DNA from: a virus | Lineage: Duplodnaviria > Caudoviricetes | Length of the DNA stretch: 64,000 nt | Direction: 5' to 3' (one strand) | Virus record (IMG/VR): IMGVR_UViG_2767802758_000001 | Location: 1-64,000 of that record | Shown here: positions 1 through 8,507 of the stretch, piece by piece | Numbering within the stretch: position 1 is the stretch's first letter | How the letters are laid out: every line of letters starts with the position of its first letter | Made by a program: the position numbers and the translations under genes | Notes under the pieces: generated by a model | What the model was told of the DNA's origin: nothing | Database searches by the model: none | What the model saw: only the letters and a program-made list of their open reading frames with translations

Positions 1-216
1 TCATGTGGCTTGCCGGAACTCCCGCAAGAATCGCTGCCGTAGCTGCTCGCCCGTGAGGTCTTTAGCGTTTTCCGGGTTGTTCATCCAATTCCACATCCGA
101 GTTGCTGGGAATTGAGCGCGAGTGACTTGCTGTTGCAGATTCTCAATTTCGCAAGCCACGCAGGTGCGACCGCGATGTACCTGGGCTTCACTGTGTTTTT
201 CACAGCTACATTTCAT
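1..216 (-). CDS. Small phage hypothetical protein near the end of the early-left operon
   Basis: 71-aa ORF co-oriented with the operon, Cys-rich N-terminus (CSC...CVAC). Confidence 0.5.
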   Translation of the reverse strand: MKCSCEKHSEAQVHRGRTCVACEIENLQQQVTRAQFPATRMWNWMNNPENAKDLTGEQLRQRFLREFRQAT

Positions 217-320
217 ATTTCTTTCCTACCTAAAGAATCAAAGAGGAAGACTGTCCACCCATTTGAGGAACAGCTCCCAGAGTGTTTTGCGTCCGGCCTC
301 CGCGGCCTCGGGTGAAATGC

Positions 321-1655
321 TCATGCTCCAGGCTCCTTTGGTACTGGAGCCTGCCGCAGCATCATGAGCAGGGCAGTCCGGTACTCACCCAAGCTCAGAT
401 ACGAGATGGCGGACGCATCGCAGGCGACGAAGGCCTCGATGTTTGCCAAGATTCTTTGTTGCTGGTCGGCTTGGCCCGCCATATCGAGTAGCGCCAGGAT
501 GTTCAGAGGGTGAGCCACAGCATCAACAAATGGTCCGAAGTGCCGATTGCATGCATCTCTTGCATCCTCGGCAGCTCGGCGTAGGCGTTTGCGCTCTTCG
601 TAGCTTAGGCTAGCCATCGACCGCCTCCTTTCGAGCAGTGCTGAATCGAGACGGCGACCAGTCGCAGTAGGTGTCTGTTTCTGTGTGGCCGAATATGGCT
701 TTGCAGCGATAAATGTGGGTGCAGTCCCCGCAGGACATGCCTGCTGGGCGAGGGCGGCGCGGGCACGTCGCCCTCCGTCAGCGTCTAGATCAGCACGCGC
801 CGCATCCCCAGCGGTGCCGAACCTACGGCAGTTACCTACCTGCTGAGCGTACCAGTCTAGAGCGTCACGGACTGAGACGGGCAACCCTCCGGAATTTCCG
901 GATGGTTCGATCATTTGCGCGGCGTCACGAAATTGATCAGCACTGCTTTCAGGTTGCTGCTGACGGTGCAAATCTGGCGTTCTGTCAACCAGTTGTCTTT
1001 GCATTTCGGTCGATTTGTCAACTTGCTGCGACTGGGTGCCCTCTGGCTTAGTGGTTCGCACCGGTGAGCCGTCCAGCCCCCAGCGTTTTAATGCATCCAG
1101 CGCATCATCGGATATGCGGTGGTAGTTTGTGCCATAGGGCTCAGCACGGCGAACCTGTCGTGCCAGATTTTTTATGAGCATAGCCATGTCCAGTTCACGG
1201 CGTGTTGGTTGCGCCTGGGCGGCAACGGGGGTGCCAGACACGACCTCATGTAGCGCGCGTATGTCGTCATTATTTGGGGCCGCGTTGAAATATACGGCTA
1301 GCGCAGACGGATTATCGTCAATGATTCCAACGCCTCTGACGCCCACCGAGAATGCAGGAGCAGGGGTTGCAACGGGGGCGGCAGGGGCTGCGTCCAGCAT
1401 TAAGCTCCACCATAACTCGGCGTCGTATTCCTCAGTCTCACCTGCCAACAGCATTTCTTTGGTTGGAGAAACCGGCACAAGTCTCCAGCCTTTAGGCACC
1501 GCCACCGGCTCCGCGCTCACAGGGGCGGCACCGGCGAAAAGAGGCACCCAAGCGCCGGATGCTTTACGCACATCCTCGATCTGGCCATTGTGTAGTGGGC
1601 CTTCGTACACACCGTCACTGCGCGGGCGATACCAGAAAAGTGGCTCTTGGCTCAT
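321..1655 (-). CDS. Mosaic phage early hypothetical protein (444 aa)
   Basis: Long ORF with Ala/Pro linkers and typical phage accessory segments (VPKGWRLVPVSPTKEML); ATGA overlap with upstream ORF. Confidence 0.7.
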   Translation of the reverse strand: MSQEPLFWYRPRSDGVYEGPLHNGQIEDVRKASGAWVPLFAGAAPVSAEPVAVPKGWRLVPVSPTKEMLLAGETEEYDAELWWSLMLDAAPAAPVATPAPAFSVGVRGVGIIDDNPSALAVYFNAAPNNDDIRALHEVVSGTPVAAQAQPTRRELDMAMLIKNLARQVRRAEPYGTNYHRISDDALDALKRWGLDGSPVRTTKPEGTQSQQVDKSTEMQRQLVDRTPDLHRQQQPESSADQFRDAAQMIEPSGNSGGLPVSVRDALDWYAQQVGNCRRFGTAGDAARADLDADGGRRARAALAQQACPAGTAPTFIAAKPYSATQKQTPTATGRRLDSALLERRRSMASLSYEERKRLRRAAEDARDACNRHFGPFVDAVAHPLNILALLDMAGQADQQQRILANIEAFVACDASAISYLSLGEYRTALLMMLRQAPVPKEPGA

Positions 1656-1813
1656 CGTTTTTTCTCCCTCAGTTGGGGGTAATTGGGATTGGGTGCGGCT
1701 TTCGAGGTCACCGGGATGAATACGCGTGTGCCGTATACCTGTGCTGCTCGGTCGAGGTTGAACGCTTCCTGTGGGGTAGAGCGAGCTTGGTTGTGTGGGT
1801 GGAGTACTGTCAT
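1652..1813 (-). CDS. Small phage hypothetical protein (53 aa)
   Basis: Start at 1813 gives ATGA overlaps on both sides. Confidence 0.5.
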   Translation of the reverse strand: MTVLHPHNQARSTPQEAFNLDRAAQVYGTRVFIPVTSKAAPNPNYPQLREKKR

Positions 1814-2091
1814 TCTGGCCTCACGTCGATTACGTACACTTCGACAGGATCGGGGCCGAAGTGCGGGTGGATGATGGTTGCGGTGGTGTAACCACGCCAA
1901 GGCCGTATCAGGCGGCGCTCGCTGTCGTCGCGTCTTGGATAGCCAAGCGTCAGGATGATGCGGTCATAGGCGTCGTGTTCATACAGGCGCTTGCGCCAGT
2001 AGTCATTGCAGAGCCGGTATTCAAACCACTTCTCGCCAGCTTTGATCTGCTCGAAGTACTCACGCTTGAGGGGTAGGACCAAGTCACTCAT
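1810..2091 (-). CDS. ASCH-domain protein
   Basis: LPLKREYFEQIKAGEKWFEYR matches the ASCH GxKxxExR motif. Confidence 0.85.
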   Translation of the reverse strand: MSDLVLPLKREYFEQIKAGEKWFEYRLCNDYWRKRLYEHDAYDRIILTLGYPRRDDSERRLIRPWRGYTTATIIHPHFGPDPVEVYVIDVRPE

Positions 2092-2300
2092 GGCTTTGCT
2101 TCCCATCCGTTCTCACCCCAGACCACGCACTTGATATCAAGCTCATGGCACAGGGATGCATATCCGTTATTGAAATGACCGTGAGTGCGCGTGAGGCGGA
2201 GCAGCTGCCGGGGCACTGGGTCATGCTTGAGGGTAAAAAATTGCCCCGGCTGAATATGCTTCAAGCGGGGCAGGGGTTTGGGTGACTCATAGCGATTCAT
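2088..2300 (-). CDS. Phage hypothetical protein (70 aa)
   Basis: ATGA-coupled to both neighbours. Confidence 0.6.
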   Translation of the reverse strand: MNRYESPKPLPRLKHIQPGQFFTLKHDPVPRQLLRLTRTHGHFNNGYASLCHELDIKCVVWGENGWEAKP

Positions 2301-3271
2301 GCGAATAACTCCATCTGCGCTGCAAGCGCTTCATACCTCTCTGTTGCGTCCGCTATGCGTTGGGCTTGCAACGGCTCATATTCGGAGTTGAGTTCGCAGC
2401 CGAGGTATTGCCGCTCGTTGAGGATGCAGACCTCGGCAACGGTGCCGCTGCCCATAAAGGGATCAATCACTGTTCCCCCAGGTGGTGCTCCGGCCAAGAT
2501 GCAGGGCTCAATCAGATCTGGAGGGAAGGTAGCAAAATGGGCCCCCTTGTACGGGCGGGTGGCCACAGTCCAAACGCTTCGTTTGTTGCGAGTGTCTATG
2601 TCCCATTCAGATTCATCACGATCCTGCCGGTGGGTTCCGACTGTTTGTCCGGGAATAGCTACGTCTCGCTTGCTTCCTTCCCGCTTGAATGAGTCGCGTG
2701 CGCTGCGCTGGCGCTCAGCCCATTTGTGTAGGCCCGTTTGTGTGCGATGTTCTATAGCGCCTTCTGCATATGCTCGTGCTCCCTTTGTTGGCCGTTTATT
2801 TCCGGCCAATCCACCGATTGCAGGTTCTTTTATGGCAGTGTGATCGTAGAAGTAACGCTCTTTTTTACTTAGTAGGAATAGGTATTCATGGGCCTTCGTG
2901 CAGCGGTCGGTAATGCTCTCTGGCATTGGGTTTGGCTTATGCCAGATGATGTCTTGACGCAGCAGCCAGCCGTCGCCCTGGAGGGCTAAAGCTACTCGCC
3001 AGGGCATCCCTAGAAGCTGCTTGCCCTTGTCGTAGCTATCTCCAAGGTTGAGCCATAGGGTGCCGTCATCGGCCAGAATGTCACGGACGCATCGGAAAAC
3101 CTCGACGAGCGCGGCGATGTATTCTTCTGGCGTTTGCTCCAGGCCGATTTGGTCTTTGTGACCGTAATCCCGCAGACCGAAGTAGGGTGGGCTTGTGACG
3201 CAGGTCTGTGCGTGGATGCCATCTGCGGCCCATCGCCGCATAGTCTCGCGGCAATCTCCAAACTCAATCAT
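2297..3271 (-). CDS. Orphan N4-C/N6-A DNA methyltransferase (beta class)
   Basis: Catalytic TSPPY motif precedes the SAM-binding DPFMGSGT motif; RBS GGAG upstream. Confidence 0.92.
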   Translation of the reverse strand: MIEFGDCRETMRRWAADGIHAQTCVTSPPYFGLRDYGHKDQIGLEQTPEEYIAALVEVFRCVRDILADDGTLWLNLGDSYDKGKQLLGMPWRVALALQGDGWLLRQDIIWHKPNPMPESITDRCTKAHEYLFLLSKKERYFYDHTAIKEPAIGGLAGNKRPTKGARAYAEGAIEHRTQTGLHKWAERQRSARDSFKREGSKRDVAIPGQTVGTHRQDRDESEWDIDTRNKRSVWTVATRPYKGAHFATFPPDLIEPCILAGAPPGGTVIDPFMGSGTVAEVCILNERQYLGCELNSEYEPLQAQRIADATERYEALAAQMELFA

Positions 3272-3290
3272 TGAGACTCCTTGGTGTTAG

Positions 3291-3327
3291 AAAAGAAAAA
3301 CCCCGGTTGAGTAAATCAAGCGGGGTT
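3291..3327 (-). terminator. Intrinsic terminator downstream of the NTase-hydrolase cassette
   Basis: CCCCG...CGGGG stem followed by a T-tract on the minus strand. Confidence 0.6.
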
Positions 3328-3493
3328 ATGGGGTGTTGCTGCAGGTGTGGTCCGTTATGGGGGGAATCCTATGTTTTAGCTCCAGAGGTTCGGCTATGAT
3401 CCTTGCGGGTATAGGAGGGGGAAATTGGTTATGGTTGGACTCGCAACCGCCTCTTTCGGCCAGGAGAGGTCAGTGGGACTGCTCGAAGCAGAC

Positions 3494-3562
3494 GCTCAAC
3501 GTTCGAGCGAAGCTGCCCGCGTAGGCGGGCGCTGTAGCAGGTCAGCTTGAGAGGGGTTAGGA
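3494..3562 (-). other. Integron attC-like recombination site
   Basis: Minus strand reads TCCTAAC-CCCT-CTCAAGC...GCTTCGC-TCGAAC-GTTGAGC, i.e. R''/L''/L'/R' boxes with a GTTRRRY core; begins 1 bp after the stop of 3564..4757. Confidence 0.7.
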
Positions 3563-3563
3563 G

Positions 3564-4757
3564 TCAAGCTTCTGGCTTGCTGGGCGGCGCATATCGCTCC
3601 ATTGCGTATCTTATAAACTCATCGTGGCTCGCGTAGCGGTTGCTATTTAGATAGGGCATCCATTGGCTGGTGACTATGTCTCTCTCAATTACATTATTGT
3701 GGTCGAAGATCTTGTTCCTTGGCTGGAGGAGTATGTCTGCCGACTTTGTGAACCCCTTCGTACCTGCTGATCCGAAGAGTGGGTCAAGGCCGGTCCACTT
3801 TGACGGGGTGTCCGGCATCCATTTCACCCACTGATCATTGGGTGCAATCTCGTTCCTTACTCGTGCGACCTTTATCCCCGCGCACTTACCCCAGTCGTAG
3901 TTTTCATGCAGGATGCTGCCAGTTAGGATCACAGTATTGAACGTCACGGGTGGCGGCTCCTCGAATCCGTCAAGATAAGCTCCGACTAGGTATGTTCCGA
4001 AAGAGTGGGCGATGACGGAAATTTGGCCAGCTCCTTGATACTGCTGACTTGTAGCGAATAGCCATTGCCTGAACTCGTCGACAGCCGCCTTTCTCTTGCT
4101 CGCATTAAACAAGATGTCGGGATTCTGAAATCCGTAGTTGTACGGCGCGACAACCCATCCTTGACTACTTGCGATCGGGACTATGTGGCCGTTCCAAGCT
4201 GCATGAGACCTAAGTCCATGCACGGTAACAAGGAGGCCTGCAGGCTGATTGAGGTCGATTAGTTGGCGATTGAAGTAGGCGCGTTTGACGACTTCATAAG
4301 TGTCTTCGTCTGGTGCATGTTGAATCTTCCACGGTTCGCCTGCGTGTAGGATATTCACCTGAACGATGCCTGGGGTCTCTCCAAAACGTCCATGAGCCAG
4401 CAAGTGAAGGAAGGCATCTAGAATTTTTGGCTCATCCTCGGAGCAAAACATGATGTCTGTTCTCTTCCCGGCTAGGACCAGTCGCTCACTCTTTGTGGGT
4501 ATATGGTCTCGAGACCGGAAGGCAATGACAATATCGATGTCGTCAGGTTCATCCTTGCTTGTGACGAACGATCCGCCCACAAATACGTACCGAGCGTTGC
4601 GCGACGCAGCGAAGTCAAGGACGTCAATGAACGCCTTGCGAAGGTGTCGCCTGATCTCGGACGATTGACAGAAGCGCTCGATGAAATCTTTTCCAGAGCA
4701 GTTGTGGATGCCGACGGGCAAGAGCCCCTGTTGAGTAAACGTTGGAATCTGTTGCAT
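3564..4757 (-). CDS. DUF6932-like (pol-beta/MNT-type) nucleotidyltransferase fused to an alpha/beta hydrolase
   Basis: N-terminal GLLPVGIH...GGSFVTSKDEPDDID (GS + DxD); C-terminal HG oxyanion motif, AHSFG nucleophile elbow, candidate ND and DH triad residues; likely start MQQIP at 4757. Confidence 0.8.
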   Translation of the reverse strand: MQQIPTFTQQGLLPVGIHNCSGKDFIERFCQSSEIRRHLRKAFIDVLDFAASRNARYVFVGGSFVTSKDEPDDIDIVIAFRSRDHIPTKSERLVLAGKRTDIMFCSEDEPKILDAFLHLLAHGRFGETPGIVQVNILHAGEPWKIQHAPDEDTYEVVKRAYFNRQLIDLNQPAGLLVTVHGLRSHAAWNGHIVPIASSQGWVVAPYNYGFQNPDILFNASKRKAAVDEFRQWLFATSQQYQGAGQISVIAHSFGTYLVGAYLDGFEEPPPVTFNTVILTGSILHENYDWGKCAGIKVARVRNEIAPNDQWVKWMPDTPSKWTGLDPLFGSAGTKGFTKSADILLQPRNKIFDHNNVIERDIVTSQWMPYLNSNRYASHDEFIRYAMERYAPPSKPEA

Positions 4758-4798
4758 AGAGTTTCGAGAGTGGAGCACTTGAGCGCGTACGTCATGAC

Positions 4799-4805
4799 GC
4801 CTAAC
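4799..4805 (-). other. Integron-cassette-type core site GTTAGGC at the 5' end of the cassette
   Basis: GTTAGGC 41 bp upstream of the ATG; 6/7 complementary to the R'' (TCCTAAC) of the downstream attC. Confidence 0.6.
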
Positions 4806-5102
4806 GTGATGTATCCCGCAAAACCTGCGGGATATTCTGGACACTGATTTATTCTGGAAGTGGCTTGCAGCTTAGGTTTGCAGTCAGTGAGCTGTTCAAT
4901 AGAACAGGTATAAAATTTCCGCTAAACCCGGCAAGCCTATACCCAGCAAACGATATCTTACCAGTAGGCCGGCACCGGACGTTTAGACAGCAAGCCAGCG
5001 GGTAGTGAATGAAGGGCAGCTTTGGGGTAGTTTTGTCCAACGGCTGCTTTGGGTCGCTTTCTGCCCGATAGATCTGGCAACTTCTGTCAGATCAAGTCTG
5101 AG

Positions 5103-6014
5103 TCAATACATATTAGCTTGCTCACGCTCACCACCTAGCGCCACCACTAGATCGCTGATCATCTTGGCCAGCTCGGAGGTCATCAAGGTCATGTCAGCAT
5201 CAAAGATTTCGTCATCGTTGACGGCCGTCACATCTTGTTTTTCAGTCAAGATATCCAGCGGGGCCACACGTTTGACGTCCAGCGCGTCGGTCAGCACAAA
5301 GCTGATGCTATCCGCCCAGGTCATGGCCAAACGGGTGCATTGCTTACCGGCTTCAACGTGCTTGCGCACTTCGTCAATGTCGGCGCTTTGCTTCACGTAG
5401 CGTACGGCTGCACCACTATCGCCGGTGGAACGCAGCTCGGTATCCTGGTCGACAGTGAAGTTCGCCAGTTGCTCTTCGTCCACCAGCCAGGAGGTCATGG
5501 CCGCACCGGGTGATTGCTCCGTATACAGGGGCTGCACGGGGAAGGGCTCTACGCTCTTAGCGAATAGGCCGAGCACCTCATCACTCTTAGCCACGGCAGC
5601 GGTATCAATGACAAACCAATGGTTTCGTGTGTCGATCCACACCATGGTGTCGCGCTGCACAGCATGGGAGCGGGGCATCAAATCAATGATGATCTGCTCT
5701 TTGATTTCCTTCATCTGCTTGCGGCCCGGCTTGTAGCCCTGTTGCTCTTCGATTTCGCGGGCCTTCTCGCGGGCGGCTTGGTTAACCAAAGCGCTGGGCA
5801 GCAGTTTCTTTTCAGCGCGTACGCAGATTAGATACTGCCCATTCACTTCATGCACCAGATCACCTCCTTCGCGCGGCGCTACCCAGCCCAGGCTGAGCGG
5901 TTCTTGGCTTCCGCATGGTGCGAATTGATGTTCGGCCAACATTTCGACCAGTGCTTGGGCTGAGACCTCAAATTGACGGTCCAGGCGGAAGATACGCAGG
6001 TTTTTAAACCACAT
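5103..6014 (-). CDS. rdgC: Recombination-associated protein RdgC
   Basis: MWFKNLRIFRL N-terminus, EKKLLP motif, 303 aa. Confidence 0.95.
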   Translation of the reverse strand: MWFKNLRIFRLDRQFEVSAQALVEMLAEHQFAPCGSQEPLSLGWVAPREGGDLVHEVNGQYLICVRAEKKLLPSALVNQAAREKAREIEEQQGYKPGRKQMKEIKEQIIIDLMPRSHAVQRDTMVWIDTRNHWFVIDTAAVAKSDEVLGLFAKSVEPFPVQPLYTEQSPGAAMTSWLVDEEQLANFTVDQDTELRSTGDSGAAVRYVKQSADIDEVRKHVEAGKQCTRLAMTWADSISFVLTDALDVKRVAPLDILTEKQDVTAVNDDEIFDADMTLMTSELAKMISDLVVALGGEREQANMY

Positions 6015-6087
6015 GGGTGTATTCCTTTCAGGATGGGCTATGCTGCTTCCACATATTTACTTACAGAGCTTGTGAGAGGAAGCGGGG

Positions 6088-6738
6088 ATGTTTAAAGAGG
6101 TTGCTTTTGAGAGGACGCTGATTGCCGCTTTTCTAGTTGGCGGGGGCGTGGGCATTGGATTTGGCTGGTTTCTGTTCCCCTTTTTATTTCCTTTGCTTGA
6201 CGCATCTGGAACTGCTGTATGGGTACAAGCCATAGCGTCAGTCGCGGCAATATATTGGGCTGGAAGGCAGGGGCGTGCTCTTTTCCAACATCAGAAGAAA
6301 GAGCGGGAAAAAGCTGCTGTGCAACTAGCGGTAGATGTTGTCCGCACTTTACATGGCCATTTAGATAAGTTGGGTAGTTCTAGATGGTGGCCGGGGGATA
6401 GGCTTAAAGCCGTGGCAACGGGGAAAAACTATTTCAAAATCGACTATTTGGACCCGGTGGAAAGGATGCTCGATCAGGTCAATCTTGAGCATCTCAGCGG
6501 TACGCGCTCGGTCGTAATTATGGTGGAGGTGCGGTCAAAAATATGGCGCATTAAAGAGTATTTGACCTGGATTATTGAGAATGTAGATGATGTTCAGCTA
6601 CGGGAGGAAAGAGGAGAAAAAATATTTGATGCCCAGGCGCGCCGCATCAAGAAGGAAGTAGCAGACATATTTACGTGTCTCAGCGAGCTAACAGTTCATA
6701 GAGAAAAATATGAGCCAGTCCCTACTATTGACTCATAG
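6088..6738 (+). CDS. Accessory membrane-anchored hypothetical protein (moron)
   Basis: 216 aa, two N-terminal hydrophobic segments, lower GC, opposite strand to the operon. Confidence 0.7.
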   Translation: MFKEVAFERTLIAAFLVGGGVGIGFGWFLFPFLFPLLDASGTAVWVQAIASVAAIYWAGRQGRALFQHQKKEREKAAVQLAVDVVRTLHGHLDKLGSSRWWPGDRLKAVATGKNYFKIDYLDPVERMLDQVNLEHLSGTRSVVIMVEVRSKIWRIKEYLTWIIENVDDVQLREERGEKIFDAQARRIKKEVADIFTCLSELTVHREKYEPVPTIDS

Positions 6739-6740
6739 AA

Positions 6741-7100
6741 TTATTGATTCCCGGTTTGGCGGTGGAGTGTTCCGTCTAACATCTGCATTTGCTCGGCGAT
6801 GATCTCGGTGGTGAAACGTTCCTGACCGTCCTGGCCTGTCCATTTACGAGTGCGCAGGCGACCTTCTACGTAGACGGGACGGCCTTTGCGAAGGTACTCA
6901 CCGGCAATTTCAGCCAGACGGTTGTAGAACACAACACGGTGCCATTCCGTTTCCTCGCGCTTTTCGCCGGAGGTACGGTCTTTCCACTGCGAAGTCGTGG
7001 CAATGGAAATATTGCAGATGGCCGAGCCTTCCGCGCTGTAGCGTACTTCTGGGTCGCGGCCGAGGTTGCCCACCAGAATGACTTTGTTGACTGAGGCCAT
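6741..7100 (-). CDS. ssb: Single-stranded DNA-binding protein, lacking the C-terminal acidic tail
   Basis: [21 protein letters not shown]...[13 protein letters not shown] fold; ends in [13 protein letters not shown] with no DDDIPF tip. Confidence 0.92.
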   Translation of the reverse strand: MASVNKVILVGNLGRDPEVRYSAEGSAICNISIATTSQWKDRTSGEKREETEWHRVVFYNRLAEIAGEYLRKGRPVYVEGRLRTRKWTGQDGQERFTTEIIAEQMQMLDGTLHRQTGNQ

Positions 7101-7736
7101 TTATGCGGCCTCCAGCAGGGCGTCCCGCAGCTCTTGTTGATACTTGGTGACCGTCCGCTCGAACTCCATCAAATCGGATTCCAGCGCATCGATCTGGTCG
7201 TCGTTGCGCTCGATGCGGATAATCTTCATTCGACCCAGGTCGTGAACCCACAAGACCAGATCCACCCACTTGCGGCCGAGCAACCACATTGAGCCATTGC
7301 ACTGGTCTACATAGGCGGCAATATCGCCGTTCACAAAGGCAGTGAACAGGGTGTCGCTGCTGACCATCGTCTTGATTTCAATGATCCCGTCATTGCCCAC
7401 CAAACCGTCTACGCTCACCCCAAATAGGCGGTCCGGCGTTGTGATGAAACCGGCCTCGTCAACGATGTGCCCTGTCTTGCGCTCATAAACGGCACGGGCG
7501 TAGGGCTCTTGCTCGGTGCCCAGGCGCATAGCACCGTTCACAAAGACTTGCATGGGCTCGCCGCCTTCGCGTTCTCGCGCCACATCCATGGCGTAGTCCA
7601 AACACTTCTTGGATGGAGCACCGCTTTTCAGGCGGTCGCGGCAGTCTTTGAATCGGCTGCCGGTGATGACGCCCTTGCGGGCCTGGAGCCATTCCGGGGT
7701 TCCTTGCTCGGCAGTGTGAATGAGTAAGCCTTCCAT
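7101..7736 (-). CDS. YqaJ/lambda-exonuclease family recombination nuclease
   Basis: QGTPEWLQARKGVITGSRF, G..QEP.AR, SVDGLV, IEIK motifs. Confidence 0.9.
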   Translation of the reverse strand: MEGLLIHTAEQGTPEWLQARKGVITGSRFKDCRDRLKSGAPSKKCLDYAMDVAREREGGEPMQVFVNGAMRLGTEQEPYARAVYERKTGHIVDEAGFITTPDRLFGVSVDGLVGNDGIIEIKTMVSSDTLFTAFVNGDIAAYVDQCNGSMWLLGRKWVDLVLWVHDLGRMKIIRIERNDDQIDALESDLMEFERTVTKYQQELRDALLEAA

Positions 7737-8500
7737 TATTGAGCCTCCGTGAGCATCTTCTTCTTGTCCGATACAGCCTTTTTGAAGGCGTTGTAATCGG
7801 CAAGGTTGTTGGTTGCGTAGATGATGTTGCCGCCTTCCTGCCAGATGGTTTCCAACCGTTCCAGCGTTTCGGCTTTGGCCACTTCGCTGACCCACTCGTC
7901 GCGCAGGTTTGCGCTGATCTTCGAGTTCGCGCCGCCTAGCCCGTCATCGTCGTCACCTTTTTCAGAAACGCCAGTGATGGCCTTGAGGGTGTGACGCTGC
8001 AGGTAAGTGACGGTGGATGCGATGGCCTGGATGTTGTTCTTACTTCCGCTTTGGTCCGCATTGGCCTCAAGGGACACAGAGTCGGTATGACCTTGGCGGT
8101 GTTTGAGAATGCAGGTCACGCGGATCAGGTCTTTTTCTTGATGGGTTTTCCAGCTCCAGGCGAAGCCATGCTTTGAAAGAGCAGGGCCAACCGCTTCGAC
8201 CACATCGGAAAGCTCTGCGTGCTTGTAGTGGGTGCGTCCGTTCTTCCCGGTGAAATCGACAGCTTTGCGCTTGATGATTTCGACAGCCTCGGACTTGAAT
8301 GCAGCCAAGGCATCGTTGAAGGCCTTTTCGGCCTCACGCTCTTCCCAGCGTTGCTGCAGGTTCATCATCTGCTCCACTTGGTCGAGCGTGGCGCCTTGTT
8401 TCATGGCGGCCATCATCATGCCCATGGGAGAGTTAGCGGGCACCTGGTCTGCCGGCGCAGCCAGTTCGCGCTGGGGTGCTTCGATTATTTCTGTGCTCAT
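7736..8500 (-). CDS. ERF-family single-strand annealing protein
   Basis: YKHAELSDVVEAVGPALSKHGF...QAIASTVTYLQRHTL; adjacent to exonuclease and SSB. Confidence 0.88.
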   Translation of the reverse strand: MSTEIIEAPQRELAAPADQVPANSPMGMMMAAMKQGATLDQVEQMMNLQQRWEEREAEKAFNDALAAFKSEAVEIIKRKAVDFTGKNGRTHYKHAELSDVVEAVGPALSKHGFAWSWKTHQEKDLIRVTCILKHRQGHTDSVSLEANADQSGSKNNIQAIASTVTYLQRHTLKAITGVSEKGDDDDGLGGANSKISANLRDEWVSEVAKAETLERLETIWQEGGNIIYATNNLADYNAFKKAVSDKKKMLTEAQ

Positions 8501-8507
8501 GGTGTCC

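Noticed and set aside
1-320. Left att site of the prophage
   Set aside because: No copy of the tRNA 3' end found here; the boundary must lie further left
4806-4850. Hairpin upstream of GTTAGGC as a second attC
   Set aside because: It has a stem and a 6-bp spacer but no RYYYAAC R'' box at the expected distance
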